Origin: the human T2T-CHM13v2.0 reference genome, Homo sapiens
NCBI RefSeq assembly: GCF_009914755.1
Contig: NC_060928.1
Direction: 5' to 3' (one strand)
Length of the DNA stretch: 64,000 nt
The notes below the pieces were generated by a model. That model searched no databases and was not told the DNA's origin. It worked only from the letters and a program-made list of their open reading frames with translations. Below, piece after piece: positions 62,029 through 64,000 of this stretch. Position numbers and translations under genes: made by a program. The first letter of the stretch is position 1; each line of letters opens with the position of its first letter.

Positions 62029-62681
62029 GTAAAGCAATAAACCCTTCAAAGACAAAGACAATCAGCTTTCAATTCTCTTGTCTTTGTTAGATGAAAGGTA
62101 GGCCACTCCTGTGTCCTCAAAATGGAGGGACATTTCAAGTACTAGAAGGTGCACTCTCCTGGTACCTTCCTAAGCCCAACCAGTTCTGAACCCTGCCCCC
62201 CACCTTCCCAGCAGTCCCAGCTCCAAGCCTGCAGCTTTGAAATGCAGGCCTTTGGAATGAACGGCAGGCCTGGACAGAACACATCCTGGAATCGCAGTCT
62301 ATCGACTGGCATTGCCTGATGTTGTTTATGCTTGTATTTACCCAGGCTTCCATCCAGCCACATAAATTATAAATTCATCTATACACCCACTGGGGAATCC
62401 AACGCACACACGGCACAAAAGGGAGAATATGAAATATTTTCACAGGTAAATTAATACAGGATTTAAAGCTCTGGCTTACCTAGACATTAAAATGAGTAGA
62501 GGATGTAACTCTTGCTGTAAAAACTTCTTGTTTAAGTAGCCCTAGAATCACTTTTTTTTAGGCCTAATACCACTTTAGGAAATTTTTTTCAGCTGCTACA
62601 TTTAGGTATCTAATGCCATCATAGAGCTCTCATAGCATTTTTGCAAACTATCTTTGCAATGCTTAAAAGAAACACTGAGAT

Positions 62682-62982
62682 CAGGGGTCAGTAAAGTTTC
62701 CATCGAGTCCCATAAAGTAAATATTTGAGGCTTTATGGGCCATACAGTCTGTTTAGTATAAGACGCTGCAGCTGTAGCAGAAAACAGCCACAAGAAGATA
62801 TATAAATAAATGTGTGGCCATGTTCCAATAGAACTTTACTTAAGGACACTGAAATTTGAATTTCAGATAATTTTCACATCATGAGATCTTCTTTTTTTTT
62901 TTCTAGCATTGTTACCTTGTGGGCCATACAAAACAAGCAGCTGGCTAGATCTGGCCATCAGCCCATAGTTTGCTGACCCCTG
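62682..62982 (+). mobile_element. MER58B hAT element
   Basis: TIRs caggggtcagtaaa / tttgctgacccctg; internal 'ggacactgaaatttgaatttca'. Confidence 0.88.
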
Positions 62983-63078
62983 GTGTAGATGGTTGAAAGA
63001 TGAATCTTGTTGCTGTCACAATAACCAAAGTGGTAGAGGGATCAGGGAAAGGCAGTGCAAGGAAAAAGGAGGCAATAT

Positions 63079-63608
63079 TGTGAAGTTGCATTCATCACGG
63101 TTTTTTTTCTGTATCTTATGATGTTCTGGTATCTTATAAATTTTGCTGGCAGGGAAGAGACTCCCAGGACTAGCTAATTCTTGGAGACAGCAAAGGACTG
63201 AGCCCTGAGCATATCTAACTATTGTCAAGAACATAGCCGCAACCTTCCCCTTTATCTAACTTTCACACACCAAGCCAATATAGAAATTGCCCTAACTCAC
63301 CCCAGGGGCTAGGTACCAAGCAAATGGAGACCGCCCCTCCAGCCCAGAGCCTGCTGGAATTATTCAGACTTGCCAGTTGGAAACTGTTGGCCTTGCTCTG
63401 CCTTGCCTCCCTGCAGAAACCTCAGTCAAAGCCTATGCTTTCTTCTTGCTCCTGCTTCTGCCCCCGACCGACACCGGTGCTTCCCCTGTGGCCCTGCATG
63501 GCATGGCATGTGCCCTTTCTCTGGGGAAATTGAATAATATAAAGCTTTCAGTGGCACTGGCCTCTGTGTGTCATCACTCAGCTACCCCCATAAATTAAAA
63601 TCTCAACA
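63079..63608 (+). mobile_element. MER74/MER54-like ERVL LTR
   Basis: TG...CA termini; 'ctagctaattcttggagacagcaaagg', 'ggtgcttcccctgtggccctgcatggcatgg'. Confidence 0.7.
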
Positions 63609-63629
63609 GGTATCATGAGGCAGAAGTGT

Positions 63630-63935
63630 CTTCCTACTCTGAGCGGGATCCCAGGACCAGCAGCATCAGCATTCCCTGAGCCTCATCCCAGACCGACAGA
63701 ATCTGCATCTGCATGTAAAAAAGATTCCCGGGTTATTTGCAAGGATATTGAAGTTTGAGATGCTGTGGTGGTGTGGTTTAAAGCTTGAGGTCTGGAATTA
63801 GAAGGCCCATTTCAAGTATCTGTGCCTCTCATTAGCTATGTGGCCTTGTACAAGTTATTATTATTTCCACCCCTAATAGGTAGAGATGAATCTATGCTAA
63901 ACACTTAGAAAATGCCTGGCAAATAATACTATCAT
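63630..63935. mobile_element. MER5A-like fragment followed by MIR
   Basis: 'ggaccagcagcatcagcat...cagaatctgcat...aagtttgaga' then 'ttagctatgtggccttgtacaagtta...cacttagaaaatgcctggca'. Confidence 0.65.
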
Positions 63936-64000
63936 TCTTTTTTAAAAAATAAATGCCCATGCACAAACTGTTAAGATAACTTCCTCAGATACATTCTTAG

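Overview
Primate (human or great-ape-like) nuclear DNA: AT-rich, CpG-depleted and dominated by interspersed repeats. It reads as intergenic or deep intronic sequence. I find no CpG island, recognisable protein-coding gene, tRNA/rRNA or CRISPR array. Nearly all supplied ORFs are translations of Alu, decayed L1 ORF2, LTRs or microsatellites. Main content: a near full-length L1MA-type LINE on the minus strand (6.9-14.0 kb), a 5'-truncated L1PA5/6 (22.3-26.3 kb), an L1PB1 (51.9-53.9 kb), about 15 Alus, Tigger2b, MADE1, MER53/58/63/96, several MaLR/ERV LTRs and a solo HERV-H LTR7 (58492-58941). I do not see a convincing new multi-gene biological system. The most notable signals are: (1) a 372-bp self-copy inside the old L1 with a fold-back junction, next to a microhomology deletion; (2) a MADE1 hairpin with a paired compensatory change (miR-548-like candidate); (3) the solo LTR7, with a broken SOX-type motif, followed by two exon-like segments, one a frame-preserving 114-nt exon candidate; (4) a 24-unit GGAA microsatellite; (5) a strong CTCF-like site. 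Repeat subfamily names come from remembered consensus sequences and need RepeatMasker/Dfam confirmation. I could not identify the locus.
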